Assembly: GCA_024137785.1 (NCBI GenBank)
Contig: JAHRHZ010000289.1
Coordinates: 20,706,512-20,770,511 of the forward strand
Direction: 5' to 3'
DNA from: Ginglymostoma cirratum
Taxonomy: Eukaryota
DNA: 64,000 bases
The position numbers and the translations under genes are program-made. Positions 24,681-38,060 of this stretch are shown piece after piece. The notes under the pieces were generated by a model. It searched no databases. It saw only the letters and a program-made list of their open reading frames with translations, and was not told where the DNA came from. The first letter of the stretch is position 1. Every line of letters begins with the position of its first letter.

Positions 24681-27600
24681 AATATAATGTCTTATGATCC
24701 CTTGTGTGTAGTTTACAGACAATAAAATTTGCTGGTGTACTTAGGTGTGGACTAGTTTCTATAAACAAACCAACGCTGATCAGCCTTTTGTAACTAAATG
24801 AACACAGGAACACTCAGTGTCCAGCCCTCAATACTGCTGTTTTCTATCTCAAAAATGTGTCCAGATTTATATGGAGCAAAAATAACTTCTGATTGATTCC
24901 ATCTCCATTTTCCAATCTATCTCATATTGAGAGACTCCAGTGGCATCTTCCTTATTTTTGTATTTATCAATCCTGACAATCTCCAATATCAGTGAAAAAG
25001 CTGTCAAGCTGATACATAGGATCACAAGCTAAGGTCAGTTTAACACGTTAGCAATTGAATTCAATTAATTTCCTCTGGTTAATAAATATTTGAAGTATAT
25101 TTTGGTTTGGTGCTACTTAGTATTTTGTCACTTGGTATAATTAACAATTCATGAGAGGAAATTTGTCTCAATTTAGCACATTTGTACAGTAACTGATTTC
25201 TCACCAATTACTCTCAATTTCATTAAGTTGATGTCAAGAAGAGAACAAACTTTGAGAGGAACATTGGTTAAAAGCAAATCTCAGTGCACCAAGAAGCTTA
25301 CGTTTTTGCAATTTTCGATAAACAGCAGCTGACGCCCACACAGTAAAAGGCAACAGGGGCAAAATGGACTTTCAATGCTCTTGTTAAAATAAATGGAACA
25401 CAGCCAAGTACTGCACATCCAGCACTGATCTTGAAGTACAATCTTCCATCTTTGTTTCTGTCTGCTTTCACCCTGTCAGGTTACTGAAACAGGCAAGATT
25501 TGTATTTCCCTTTTGTTGAATAATTCTATGAAAACGCTTCGTTACTGATTTTCTGTATTATACAATTTTATAGAATTCCTTTCAGCAATTCTCTCTGCAG
25601 TCATTGAATCCCTACAGTGCAGAAAGAGGCCATTCAGCCCATCAAGTCTTCCTATTATTCTTCCTATTAATCTCTGAAATGCATCCCACCTGGACCCATT
25701 CCCTAACTCTACTTGGGGTTTTTTTAAAAAAGTCTGATTTCTTCTCTGCTTCCTCCCCCCGACCCCCACAACTTTCCTCAGTACCTATATTTATATGCAC
25801 ATGTTACTCTCCGTTATTGAGAGAATGAGATGTCATGTTGGCTCTATGGCTGGTCATCTAATGTCTGTTCTTGACATACAATTGAGAGGTGTACTTCAGT
25901 AGACCATGAACCGTTCCCTGTGACCTCTTTCCTGTGATATATTGGTCAATTCTGGGGAAACAGCTGACAGGAAACATCATGTGACAAGATTTTTCAATTG
26001 TGTTTGAGGCTTAGATAAACTTGTGGTTCAATGTTTTAGATTACTGGACTGCAAGTTATTTTAAATAAGTTTGTTTTGCAGGAATTCACATTACCATTTC
26101 TCTTAGCTTGTACTACTTGGATATGATTTGCACCTTTAGTACTGTTTAGGATTGATAGGAAGGACTTTAATGTAGCAGATCAGTTTTAGGTATGAATATC
26201 AGGAAGTTAAAACTGGCAAAATTGACATTGTGCCAGGAAGTTGGGTCCAACATTCTGACTTTTGGGCTCACCAGTGTGTATTGGGCTATATGTGAGTGAT
26301 CTCCTCAGCAGAGGCAGGTTGCTACTTATGACATGTTAACTGTTCAATGAAAGTGATGTTAATTGAATTTTTAGTCTAGTTTTAGGTCTACTAATACCCT
26401 CGGCTTCCTAGGACTCTCTCGTAAAAACAATTTCATGGATGTATATTCTTATAGCTGATGTCCTTAGTTGCCTGTATGAAAGGCTTATTCACTGTACTTG
26501 TGCAGAATGGTTGATTTACACATTTTAGGTGTTGTTTAAACAATTTGGAGGTGTCAGGCATACTGTGGTATTTTGGAGATCTGATCTGCGTTTGGATCTT
26601 TGATCAATCAGGTCCGCATGTTGCTACTGAGATTTGGAAAGAACACTGACATGGACCAAGATCACCAGCAAAAGGACTAGCAGCAGTAGCAGCATGCTGT
26701 TTATATACCTCTGGCTCCAAATGAGAGAAGCAAGCAAAGATAGACATGCTCAGCACAGAGGGACTAGAGCTTCTCACTCTTTCGGAGCAGAGTCTGCTAC
26801 TAGCTGGACCTTGCTTTATCATGATTGTCACAGTCTCCACTGTCTCAAAAGTCTCTGTCTCTGGATCCTTTCTGCACTCGGCTGGAGACGTGATCTCACA
26901 GTCAGTGGCACACAAATACACAGATGCTGATTGCTTCTTTGTCAATGTCAACAATTACTTTGAGCACAACTGTGATAGTAACAGTCAGAGTTAGTCAGTG
27001 GCTAACTTGCAGTACTGTTTGGATATCAACAACTGAACACACAGCAATTAAGATACACATAGATATCAACCATAATGGTTTTCCTTTGATACATACTTTT
27101 AAGTCCGCCATAAGGTAGTTAACAGATCCACATCTCATCTCTTGTGGCTGTGAAAATGAGACTGTGCTGATCTCTAGTGCCCCTTTCTTGAGTGGTTAAC
27201 TGTGAGATGGCTGGAGGCCGACATTTAATTCTTTACATTTCCCTGGGGTTCAGTGGAGTTTGTCCTCACACATGACGGGAACAAAGAGATCTTTGAGTTA
27301 AAGGGATGGCATGTATTTATCTGATGATTAGAGTTTATTTGGCGAGGGTGATCATGAGGGAGACACGTTACTTTACAGTGTTCTTGGTGGTTAAATAGAT
27401 AGGGTTGTGAGAAAGTACATAGCTAAGGATGTGTGTATCCTAAAGGTACTTCGGTGTGCAGAGTGAAATGTCAGATAAAGCAGAGTAAAGGGGTTAGGTG
27501 ATGCACATATCAGAGAGAAAAATGATTGTGTCATTGTATCAACTTTTCCACACCCCTTAAATCAATGAACAACTTTCTGCATTGAATCCAGGATTATGGC

Positions 27601-27904
27601 ACCACACTCCTACAGCTGGTGTCTTCTGTTACCTCCAATCACATATGATTGGTTTCCTCTAGAAGTTCAATTCTTCCATTGCTAGGAGAGATATTTCACT
27701 CTGAATTTTCATAGACACTAGCAGCATATCCAGGGACGCAAGACGCCGTTTTTAATTTTCTACCATTCATTGTAACACTTCCTCCTCTCCCCTTTCCAAC
27801 TTCAACTTGTCAACATTTAAATGCTGGTGTTGAAATTTTGTAGGAGTATCATTATAGTAGCTGACACTAATTGGATTGGAAATAGATATCAAATAAATAT
27901 GTTT

Positions 27905-28580
27905 TTGTAGGCCAGGCATATTTAATTCAGCCCCTCACTCTATGCCTCAATTTATTCCCTTGATACTATTCATCAAACCCTGTTGATATCAGTTTTTCAT
28001 TGATTGAGGAGAGAATTTCAGATTCCAATTGTGTGAAAAGAGTTTCCTCTTGTTATTCCTGAATGACCTCATTCTAGTTCTAAGGTTATACTTCATTTTG
28101 CTGTTTTCCCCAAACAGGGGTAATAGCCCCTCTGTATCTACCCTATCAAATCATTTTAAAAATCCCAAGTAGATCAGTCTAATCTCAAGGGAATACAAAC
28201 CAAGCATAAGCAAACCGTCCTCACAATACCCTTTACTTTATGGTATCATTTCAATAAACTTAGACTGTGTCGATGTCAACATATCTTTCCTGAGGTGTGA
28301 TGCCCACACTGAGAGCAGTATTTCAGATGGCTCTGACAAAAGTTTTATACAACTGATTATTTCCTTTCCTTTGAATTCAAGCTCCCAAGATGAAGATTGA
28401 ATTCCATTAAGATGTTTGAATACATTTGGTTCCTGCACACTAGATTTCAGTGATTTGTGCACCTGAGGTCTAAAGCCCTTTTCTGCTCCACTATTCCTAT
28501 TCTCCCATCATTTAGAAGTCTTCTTTTTGTTTTGGATCAATAGTGGATTACATTATAGACCCACAACTTGAACTCTTTCT
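27905..28580 (-). mobile_element. CR1 LINE 3' fragment (old)
   Basis: ORF 28238..28462 ..VWASHLRKDML.. is a decayed CR1 RT C-terminus. Confidence 0.65.
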
Positions 28581-30929
28581 GCTGCTGTATCTACTTGCAC
28601 AACTTAGAATGTCTCCTAACAGAGCTATCTGCAAGTTTGGATGTACAGCTCTTTGTCTCGTCTTCTAACTTCATTGTTTTCCACAATGGGAGGGTGATCT
28701 GCTTTACCACGTTATCTTCCTAATAGCAAATAGAGTTGAAATGTTTGTTTGGTTAGACATTTCCATTCTATAACTTTTTTGTTGTTCCTGTAATAGAAAT
28801 GCACTAGCAGCAATTTTATAAAAATAATAAAACAAAATCCCTCAAAGTCTTCTGATTAACTGTTATGAATATAGATGATATTGTAATTCACAACATTAAC
28901 GGAATGTTTGTGAGAGACCATTTAGGGAACATGTTATCCCAATTAAGAAGGATTTTGTAGTGCACACCTTTAGTAAACGGGAGTTATTTAAAGTAACTGA
29001 TTTATTTCAGCCAGGATGCAGTAATTGATTTGTTTGATTATTGACTTAATACATGATTGTGTTTGTAATTCACAGTGCAACAACAAAATTTACTCCAGAA
29101 GATTTTCTGTCAGATTCCAAGCAGACATGAGTTAATTTTGATTGACACATGTTGTTCCATCTGCAGGTAGTGTTTCTAAGCTTCTTCTGCTGCTCAAGTT
29201 AATTCTCTCTGCGCAGCATTTTATTCAGTTCTGCTATAGCAAATGTATTCAAATGAAACTTTCCATTATTGCAGGCTCCTAAAATAATATAACCTATTTT
29301 TCTTTTAAGCTTTTACTTTATTTCTATAGCTAGCTATGCATTTGATTTTAGAGCAGTAAATAGTTTAAAACTGGATAATGATTAGAACCACTAGGGACAA
29401 AACGCATAATTTTATTCTTGTCCAATTTCCTTCTTTAGTGGTAAACTGCAATTAATTTAACTGAAGCATAAGGCTAATTTCTTCAATAAATTGAAAGGTT
29501 ATTTATTTTTAATTACATTTTTTTGCACTTGCACTTCAGGCATTTTCAGGGCAGCCAGATAAGAAAATGAATTAGTGAGGTCTAAAATACATTGAGGTGT
29601 TCCAAATATTCTGTCCTTTGTAAATAGTATTTAAATAGTATCATGACATCAGCTAATTGATAATCTGCCATTTTGACCTTTGACTGACCATCACTAAGAA
29701 TTTCAGTGTGTAAAGACATCAGGGTCAGAACATGACATTCAGGTAAAAAAGTCAGCCATGATCTAATCTTATTGCAGCGAAGGCTCATGGGATCGAATGG
29801 CATATTGCTGCTCCTTTTTCAAAGTTGATACGTTGCACATTGTCAGCAAATACTTTCTTTTCTTATTTTGTCCAATAATTCTGTGCATATCAGAAAATCA
29901 GAATGTGTATTAGTAAAGGCATCCTCCTGATTTTCGTCCATTTACAATTAATAGAAAAGATGGGATATTCCTTTACATGTATGTGCTCTGAGAACCACCC
30001 AATTTTCCCACATTCATTATGCTCATGTCAACAAAGAACAAGGGCACAGACCTAGTCATTACAGAAAACTGCACTGAATCGGTCATGTGTTATACACCTA
30101 AGTGATCTTATAACTAGGGCAGGGATTGAAAATCACAACAGGTAAATGAATAATCTTACTCAAAATGGAAGTTACCATCATTGAATGGCTGTTGGGAGGA
30201 GAAATTTGGAAATGAAACTTAATGAGAATAGGAAACCAGACTGGTTATTTTTTGTCGAACATGGAGAAGGAAGAAGGGTAACATCACTATGATAAATACA
30301 GACTTTTAAATTAACAATTAAAGTTTCAAACAGGAAATTCTAATTCTCTGTAGCTTTAAATACTGGATAAATTGAGAACAATACTCCAAAATAGTAATAT
30401 AAGTTAACAAATGTTACAAACAGACAGTGATCTATAGAACGAGGAGCTTTAGGGCAAGCAAAATAAAGTTAGTAAATATTCTGACTTAGATACATTTTTC
30501 TTTTTCTACATGACAAGAACAAAATGTTACAGATCATTTCCAAGAAGAATGAGAATTTCTGAATGTGTGGGATTAAAAACAAGCATACAATTAATCGCGT
30601 GAAGCTTAGTTAAGTATCGTAATCAATCTCATCAATGGCACTGCCATTCGAAACAACCCTCCTTCTCACAGAGTCCTACAGTAGCACTTTATTTATTACA
30701 CATTAAGAAGTTGTTATGGTGGGTGGATTTCTGATAGCTGAGACTGCCTGATTATGTACTGAGTTATAAAGACCAGGAAAGGCCTGCCTTAATCCTTGGT
30801 TTAGGCCGCATCCACAATTCTCAAGTAGAAACATATTGCTTCAATTTTCTTAGGCTCTGGAGAGTACATTTGGCAACTATGTTTACTTTTTAACTGAAAC
30901 CCAATGGACCCCTTATGTAGAGATAACAA

Positions 30930-31329
30930 NNNNNNNNNNNNNNNNNNNNNNNNNNNNNNNNNNNNNNNNNNNNNNNNNNNNNNNNNNNNNNNNNNNNNNN
31001 NNNNNNNNNNNNNNNNNNNNNNNNNNNNNNNNNNNNNNNNNNNNNNNNNNNNNNNNNNNNNNNNNNNNNNNNNNNNNNNNNNNNNNNNNNNNNNNNNNNN
31101 NNNNNNNNNNNNNNNNNNNNNNNNNNNNNNNNNNNNNNNNNNNNNNNNNNNNNNNNNNNNNNNNNNNNNNNNNNNNNNNNNNNNNNNNNNNNNNNNNNNN
31201 NNNNNNNNNNNNNNNNNNNNNNNNNNNNNNNNNNNNNNNNNNNNNNNNNNNNNNNNNNNNNNNNNNNNNNNNNNNNNNNNNNNNNNNNNNNNNNNNNNNN
31301 NNNNNNNNNNNNNNNNNNNNNNNNNNNNN
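30930..31329. other. Assembly gap (400 N)
   Basis: Run of N. Confidence 1.
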
Positions 31330-31504
31330 CATCAGAGGAGCAGGAAGGCTGACATTTCGGGTCTAGACCCTTTTTCTGAAGAAGGGTTTAGACCCGAAAC
31401 GTCAGCTTTCCTGCTCCTCTGATGCTGCTTGGCCTGCTGTGTTCATCCAGCTCTACACCTTGTTATCTCAGATTCTCCAGCATCGGCAGTTCTTACTATC
31501 TCTA
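31330..31504. mobile_element. Palindromic PLE-terminus mini-element (left arm cut by the gap)
   Basis: catcagaggagcaggaaggctgacatttcgggtctagaccc is inverted relative to gggtttagacccgaaacgtcagctttcctgctcctctgatg; the right arm ends in the full tail. Confidence 0.85.
31374..31405 (+). ncRNA. Minimal hammerhead ribozyme motif
   Basis: CTGAAGA-A-GGGT(TTAG)ACCC-GAAA-C-GTC. Core is intact; stem I is only about 2 bp. Confidence 0.65.
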
Positions 31505-31654
31505 AAGGCAATATCAATGTTTTTGGATTAAGCCAAAAGTAGTATGGAAATATTCTGAATTCAACAATTCAGGCACTAGTTTCGAAGACGTGACTATTGA
31601 TGCAAGGGTTGATTTGCGTTGCTTCCATGGGAATTCCAATATCAACAAAATTAA

Positions 31655-32655
31655 GGGCTGAATCTTAATTTATTTTTGACTAAATCTGAGTTGCATTTTG
31701 GAAGGTTTTTCACCGTGAGACCAAAGAAGTTTTCTTGCTGCATCTTAGCAAATTTTCCTCCTTAATTATCTATCATGCCCCATGACATTTTTCACATCCA
31801 ATTTCTGTCCAATCTTACTGTGTGCCATTCTCACAATAACTTAGCAGATATCCCCCAAAAGCTTGGCACCCATGTATCTGTGCCATCTTTAAAAGGCCAC
31901 TGTGCATGTGGACGAGCATTGGTATTTCAAATTTGCCCTTCTTGGTCAAGGACAGAGTCAGAACATGGCACAGAAGTGGAAGGTGGCACCAGGTTTTGCC
32001 CGAGTTCTGGTGGATGGACTGGTCCAGAAGAGAGGCTTCCTCTTTCCAGAGAACTAGCAGAGGAGGCCGCACCACCAGACCCTGCCAGGCTGGTCCAAGA
32101 CCCGACACTTACTTCAGTGCCATCTTGAGCATGTAGAAGAATGGGCAGCAGAGGAGCAAGAAGGTCAATGACTTTCTCTGCTTCATCAGGATAAGTGCCA
32201 CACTGATTTCTGGCACTTCATGCTCACTCTGCTATTATACCCACCTCCCACTGAGGATTATGCTCTGCCACACTTTTCCTCACTTGCTCTGTCTATGTTT
32301 GAGGAGTCTGTGAAGCTGGTGCACGTGGATCATGCCAGGCATTTGGTTGTGGGCAACAGCAAGATCTTTCAGACCAAATGATGAGATGAACCTGGTTTGG
32401 TTTTCTTGTTGAGTTTTTCTGACTAAATTTGTCTGGTGACTTTTGGAAAGATAGGAGGCTGAATATTAATAAGATGAGTTGCGCCATTAACAATCAATTG
32501 TCCCATCAATTGGCAAACTCATTGCGTCCTAGCAAGAATCTCGCCATGACACTTGCGGAAAGCATAAAAGATGACGTGATGGGCCTTGCTGCACTTTTTG
32601 GTTAAATCTGTTACACTTTTCACCACTTCACTCATATCCCTATAAAATTCTACCT
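31655..32655 (+). mobile_element. PIF/Harbinger derivative with a Myb/SANT relic
   Basis: Imperfect TIRs gggctgaatctta / taaaattctacct with TAA on both sides (31652-31654, 32656-32658). Decayed Myb/SANT-like peptide QTLPGW..QQRSKKVNDFL (32075-32178). Confidence 0.65.
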
Positions 32656-32989
32656 TAAGGAGTTTGTAAGGCACAGCCTTACATAAAATTTATGACTCTT
32701 AGGGCAGAAACACCACCTCCATAAGAACTACTGGTTAATGACACTTTAACTGTCAATGGTTGTTGCTCCTGATAGTGCTCTAATGACTTCACCAAAGATA
32801 ATTGCTGCATTCTTGGACATAGGTGAGAGAAGGCAGGATGGGGTTGCAAGAAGGCAATTTGCTGGGGATCGATTGGCGAGTGCAGGGGGTTTGGCTTTGA
32901 GCAGACAGCCCCATCCCCATGCTGGGTCCTTTAATCAGGAACTGAGTGGGTAGCATCAAGGAATCTCCCTGCTAGGCCACTAGTAGGTG

Positions 32990-34680
32990 GCTTTCAGGAG
33001 GTGTGGCAAAGATTTGGGAACTCTCATTTAATCCTGAGTCAAGATAATATGTGGTTTGGAGGCGAAGTTGCTGATGGTGGTGTTACCATGCATCTGTTGC
33101 TGATGTCTTAGGTCACAGAAATTACTGGTTAGGAAAGTACTTTTGAAGGAGCCTTAATGAGATACTGTAGTATGTCTGAAAGAGAGTACACAATGTTGCC
33201 ACTATGAATCAGTGTGGGAGCAAATGAACATTGAAGTTCGGATGCCGATCAAGCAGACTGCTTTGTCCTGGATAGTGTTGACTTTCTTGAGTCTTGATGG
33301 AACTGCATCATCCACGAAACTGGTGAGTCTTTCATCACATTCCTGGTTTTGTCTTGCAGATACTGAACTGAAGAGAAGGAAGGTGATTTAGTCATTGCAG
33401 AATTCAAAGCTTCTGATCTGCTCTTGTAGCCACACCATTTATAAAGCTGGCCTAATTCAGTTTCTGATAGTGATAGAGCTCAGGATATTGACAATGAGGG
33501 ATTTAGTGATTGGAATGCCATTGACTGTAAAGAAATATGGCTAGATTCTCTCTTGTTGGCAATAGTAATGCCTAGGCACTTATGTAACATGACTGTTGCT
33601 TGCCACATATCAGCCCAAACATGAATTCCATCTAAGTTCTTATGGACATGAACTGTCTCAATATTCAAATAATGTGGAACATTGTGCAATCATCAATGAA
33701 CATGACTTTATGATGCACAGATGCTCACTGGTGAAGTGGCTGAGGATGATTCAGCCTAGAACACTACCCTGAGGAACTTCTGCAGAGATGTTCTGGAACT
33801 GAGATGATTGACATACAACAACTACAGCCATTTTCTTCTGTGCTAGTTATGATACTAACCAGTGGAGATTTTCCCTTCCATTCCCATTGACTTCAGTTTT
33901 GATGCCATACCTGATCAAATGCAGCCTTGATATCAGGGGCAGTCACTTTCACGTCACATCTGGAATTCTGCTCATTTGTCTGTGTTTTTACCAAGCTTGT
34001 AATGAGGTCAGGAGCTGAGTGGTCCTGATGGAACACAAGCTGAGCATCAGTGAGCAGGTTATTGCTGAGCAAGTGCTGCTTGACAACACTGTTGGCAACC
34101 TTTTCCATCACTTTGGGATGATTGAGAGTGTTGTGTTATGTTTCACAGTTAGTACGCAGTATACTTTGAAGCAACACGTTTATGAGATTGTCACTATATG
34201 ATCGCATGTGACCTGATGGTATAAAGGTCACTGTCACCATCTTACTGAGGCCACTTGCAACGTGACACTCTGAGGGAAGATTGCAACAGTTTGTAACCGA
34301 ATTACTCAGTACAAGCTAGACACTGAAGTGTCTGTAGTTGTAATTTATGTGTTGCTACCAGGAGCTGCAATGTAAGTCTATTGAATAGTTCAGTACTAAT
34401 GACTCACTTCTAGTTGTTATGTGACTGAAATTAACATAAATATCACCTTATCAAGTGAAAGTACCTGGTGACTGTAAAAGCACATCACTGCACCTATGGC
34501 AGATCATAAGGGCAGAAAAGTTCAGGATAACTGCCCTGTCTATTCATAAGGAAATGACTCCCAGATCCCAAATATCCCATCAGAGAGTAGTAATTGGCCA
34601 GGTTGAATTTGTATCATTTTCATGGATATATCTCGGCAATTTTCTACATTGCCATGTAAGATGTCAATGTCGTAGCCTCC
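32990..34680 (-). mobile_element. CR1-group LINE, second family (RT region)
   Basis: ORF 33893..34111 MEKVANSVVKQHLLSNNLLTDAQLVFHQDHSAPDLIT..DIKAAFDQVWH (RT motifs); interrupted at 34129-34582. Confidence 0.85.
34129..34582. mobile_element. Solo-LTR-like insertion
   Basis: TG...CA ends with a 5-bp TSD GAGAG (34124-34128 / 34583-34587); it cleanly splits the host LINE. Confidence 0.7.
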
Positions 34681-34882
34681 AACCTAAAGGACATCAGACA
34701 CAAACCCTTCTATTTCCCCAAAAAGGGACATTTTGATTTAAAATTAAGTACTTTTGCTGTAACCAATGACCTGGATTTTCTAATGGCCAGATAGTTATTC
34801 CTGAAGCATGGATGGAAGATCCATGATAGAAGCCTACAGATTCTGCAAGGTAGTAGAGTCTGAGGAGGATGGCCAGAAAATC

Positions 34883-34971
34883 CCCTCTCCCTCTCCAACC
34901 TCTCCCCTTCCAACCTCTCCCCCCCAACCTCTCCCCCTCCAACCTCTCCCCCTCCAACCTCTTCCCCCTCC
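34883..34971. repeat. ~15-bp C-rich tandem repeat (tctccccctccaacc)n, about 5-6 units
   Basis: Directly visible; it produces the GERLE/GRGWR repeats in the ORF track. Confidence 0.85.
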
Positions 34972-34974
34972 GAA

Positions 34975-37110
34975 CATGCAGTGCTCCACTCTCTCCGCAC
35001 CAATCCCAGTTTCTCTATCAAACCCACTGACAAAGTGGGGGTGGGGTGGTGTGGGTCGGTGGTAGTCTGGAGAACAGACCTCTATGTCGCAGAGGCCGAA
35101 TGCCAACTCTCCGACAGCATGTCTTACCTCCCGCTTGACCATAACCCCACCATGGCCCATCAAGCCACCGTCTCCCACACTGTCCATGATTTAATCGCTT
35201 CTGGTCTCCACCCCTTCACTGCCTTCAGCTCCCCCTGCCCCACACTGCCCTGTTCCACCTGCTCCCCAAGATCCACAAGCCCAACTACCCCAGCCTACCC
35301 ATTGTCTCCACATGCTCCTGTCCCACCAATCTCATCTCTTCCTCCCTCAACTCCATTCTCTCCCCCTTGGCCCAGGCACTCCCCAACTACATCTGGAGCA
35401 CCAACTATGCCCTCCACCTCTTTATGGAAACTTCTAGTTCCCAGGCCCTCAGTGCTTCATCTTTACTATGGATGTGCAATCCCTATACACATCCATACCC
35501 CGCAAGGAGACCCTGCAGGCCCTCAGCTTTTCCCTGACCAACAGACCTATCCAGTCCTCCCACCAATATCCTCTTCCACCTCGCCAAACTAGTCCTCATC
35601 CTCAATAACTTTTCCTTCAATTCTTCCCACTTTCTCCAAATCCAGGGGGTTGCCATGGGCCCTCGTATTGGCCCCAGCTACGCCTGCCTGTTTGTTGGTT
35701 CTGTTGAACAGTCGTTTTCAGTATGTACACAGGTACTGTTCCCCAACTCTTCCGCCATTACATCGATGACTGCATTGATGTTGCATTCTGCACCCAAGCT
35801 AAACTGGAGCAGTTCATCAACTTCGTTAACAACTTCCATCCCACCCTGCAATTCACTTGGACTATCTAAGACACCTCCTTTCCCTTTCTTGACCTCTCCA
35901 TTTCCATTTCTGGCAACAGTTTACACACTAACATTTACTATAAACTCATAGCTACCTAGACTACACCCCCTCTCACACTGTATCCTGCAAAACCTCCATC
36001 CTGTTCTCCCAATTCCTCTGTCTCCATCATATCTGCTCTGACAAGGAAACCTTCCGCTCCCAAGCATCCTGGATGTCTGCCTATTTCAAACAACGCTATT
36101 CACTCCCCTCCCCATCATCTAGACAGCCCTCTACTGCGCCTCCTCCATTCTCTACTCCACAGCTCTTAAACACCCCCCTTCCAAACATAATAAAGATTGT
36201 GTCCCCTTGTCCTCACTTTCCACCCCACCAGCCTCCTCATCCAAAGTATCATCATCAAACACTTCCACCAACTCCAATTAGACCCCACCAACCAGAGCAT
36301 TTTCCACTCCCACTCCTCTCTGTCTTCTGCAAGGACCATTCCCTTCGCCACTCCTTAGTTCACACCACACTCCCCACCAACCACTCCAACCCGCCCAGTA
36401 CCTTCCCATGTAACCGTAAAAGATGCAGCACCTGCCCACACACCACCTCCCTCACCTCCGTCCAGGGCCCAAACCAGTCCTTCCAGGTAAGACAGAGCTT
36501 CACCTGCATTTCCTCCAACCCAGTCTACTGCATCCGATTCTTCCGATGTGGCCTTCTCTACATCGGTGAGACCAAACGTAGATTCGGAGATTGTTTCACT
36601 GTGCGTCTTTTCCCGGCCCGTGATGGCCAACTTATCCTCCCAGTCACTGCCCATTTCACCTCCTGCCCCACTCCCCCTCCAACATGTCCGTACTCACTTC
36701 CTCCAGTTTCACAACGACTCAGAATGCAAATTTGAAGAACAAAACGTTATCTTCCACCTTGGCACCCTACAATTCAACACTGAGTTCTCCAATTTCAAAT
36801 AACCTGCCCACCCGCTCCCTGGATCCCTTTCCAGCCCCACCTCCTCCCTTCCATTCCACCTTCTGACCCTCCCATAGACCAAGCTGGTCAAACCTACGAC
36901 TATTGTCCACCTATCACCACCATTCCACTTTCACCCCTGCCTCCTGTTCTTTACCTGCAGATCCCCTACCCTCACATCCAGTCCTGAAGAATGGTAATAC
37001 CCGAAACATTGACTGTTCCTTTCCTCTAGATGCTGCCTGGGCTTGCTGTGTTCCTCCAGTGTCCTCTTTGTCTACCTTGGAATCCAGCATCCGCAGTTTT
37101 TTTGTCTCTA
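34975..37110 (+). mobile_element. Neptune-type PLE (RT, linker, GIY-YIG, terminus), decayed
   Basis: SIKPTDK, GVAMGPRIGPSYACLFVG, LFRHYIDDC, TFPCNRKRCSTCP, PVYCIRFFRCGLLYIGETKRRFGD; HHR at 36979-37015. Confidence 0.92.
36979..37015 (+). ncRNA. Hammerhead ribozyme motif (partly decayed)
   Basis: CAGTC-CTGAAGA-A-TGGT(AAT)ACCC-GAAA-CATT-GACTG. Perfect 5-bp stem I; one mismatch each in stems II and III. Confidence 0.6.
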
Positions 37111-37114
37111 AACG

Positions 37115-38060
37115 AAGATTTTAATTGGTAATTCTCCAGTGCCGGGTATCTTCTGAACGCATTTATTTAAATCCGGGAATTTATAGGCTTCTATTGCGCG
37201 TAACAGTGGCCCAGGAAAAATTAGATGATTAACAACCTAGTCTAATTCCTCGGTAACTACAAATCTGACCCTTCCAACTCACCACTCGTACTCCAACGTT
37301 ACACCTCCTTCAAACTACTTACAACATTCCCAGAACCTGATCTAATAGCTTGCCCACCTCTTGACCCAGCACCAAAACCCTCCCCCACCTAGGACCCAAT
37401 GTATCCATCCCCCACACGGTACATGACATCCTTTTCCAGCTGAGGCCTGATGACTTCTCCCTTTACAGGTCCTGACATCCCACCCTCCCCCCGTTGCCAA
37501 GCCTGACAATCACCCCTCACTGCTGGATCTGACCCGTCCCTCCGCAGGGAGCCAACAACTGCTGACCGTCCCCGGCAACCAACACCGTTCTCTTCCCCTG
37601 GGAGCTACACTGCCTCTCTCTTTTTGCCAATCCAACTACCATTGTCCAGCTGAAGCCCAACATCCCTTCCTGCCCACTGAGGCCCAACAGCCTCCCAAAC
37701 CCAACAACACTTTCCTTCGGACCCAATAGTCCTCCTCTCCTCCCAGTTCCGGATACCCACCCCATCCCTTGACCAGACATGTTACCGTCTCCAGCCATAC
37801 CAATCTATCCCAAATATTCCATCATTTATCTTGCACTCTACCCACCAATGCACTGGCAACTTAACCACCTTAAACATTGTCACTTTAGCTACACGGAACC
37901 CTACTCTCACTGTACTCTATTATTCTGGCATCTACACACTTGGCACCCTAGCACGACATTCATCTGGGACCCTCCCACATAACACACTGTTCTCCGGGCA
38001 CCCACACTTACCTAATGCACTTATCCTTCAACAGTAGCTGTCAGCAGGAGCTGTGTTGCT
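37115..38060. mobile_element. Remainder of a non-autonomous element with a C-rich interior (host of the PLE)
   Basis: Homologous to 19335-19915 (..aaatccgggaattt.. versus ..aaatcggagaattc..; acacctggcacccta-type repeats). Confidence 0.45.

Noticed and set aside
26604-26954. ORF containing QSASVYLCATD, reminiscent of an Ig/TCR V-segment end
   Set aside because: There is no upstream Cys/Trp framework and no CACAGTG-spacer-nonamer recombination signal after it; a chance match.
30904-31422. Long ORFs here and at 50623-52029
   Set aside because: They are produced by reading through N gaps.
34694-35187. RG/GW-repeat ORFs
   Set aside because: They are translations of a 15-bp tandem repeat and antisense PLE sequence.
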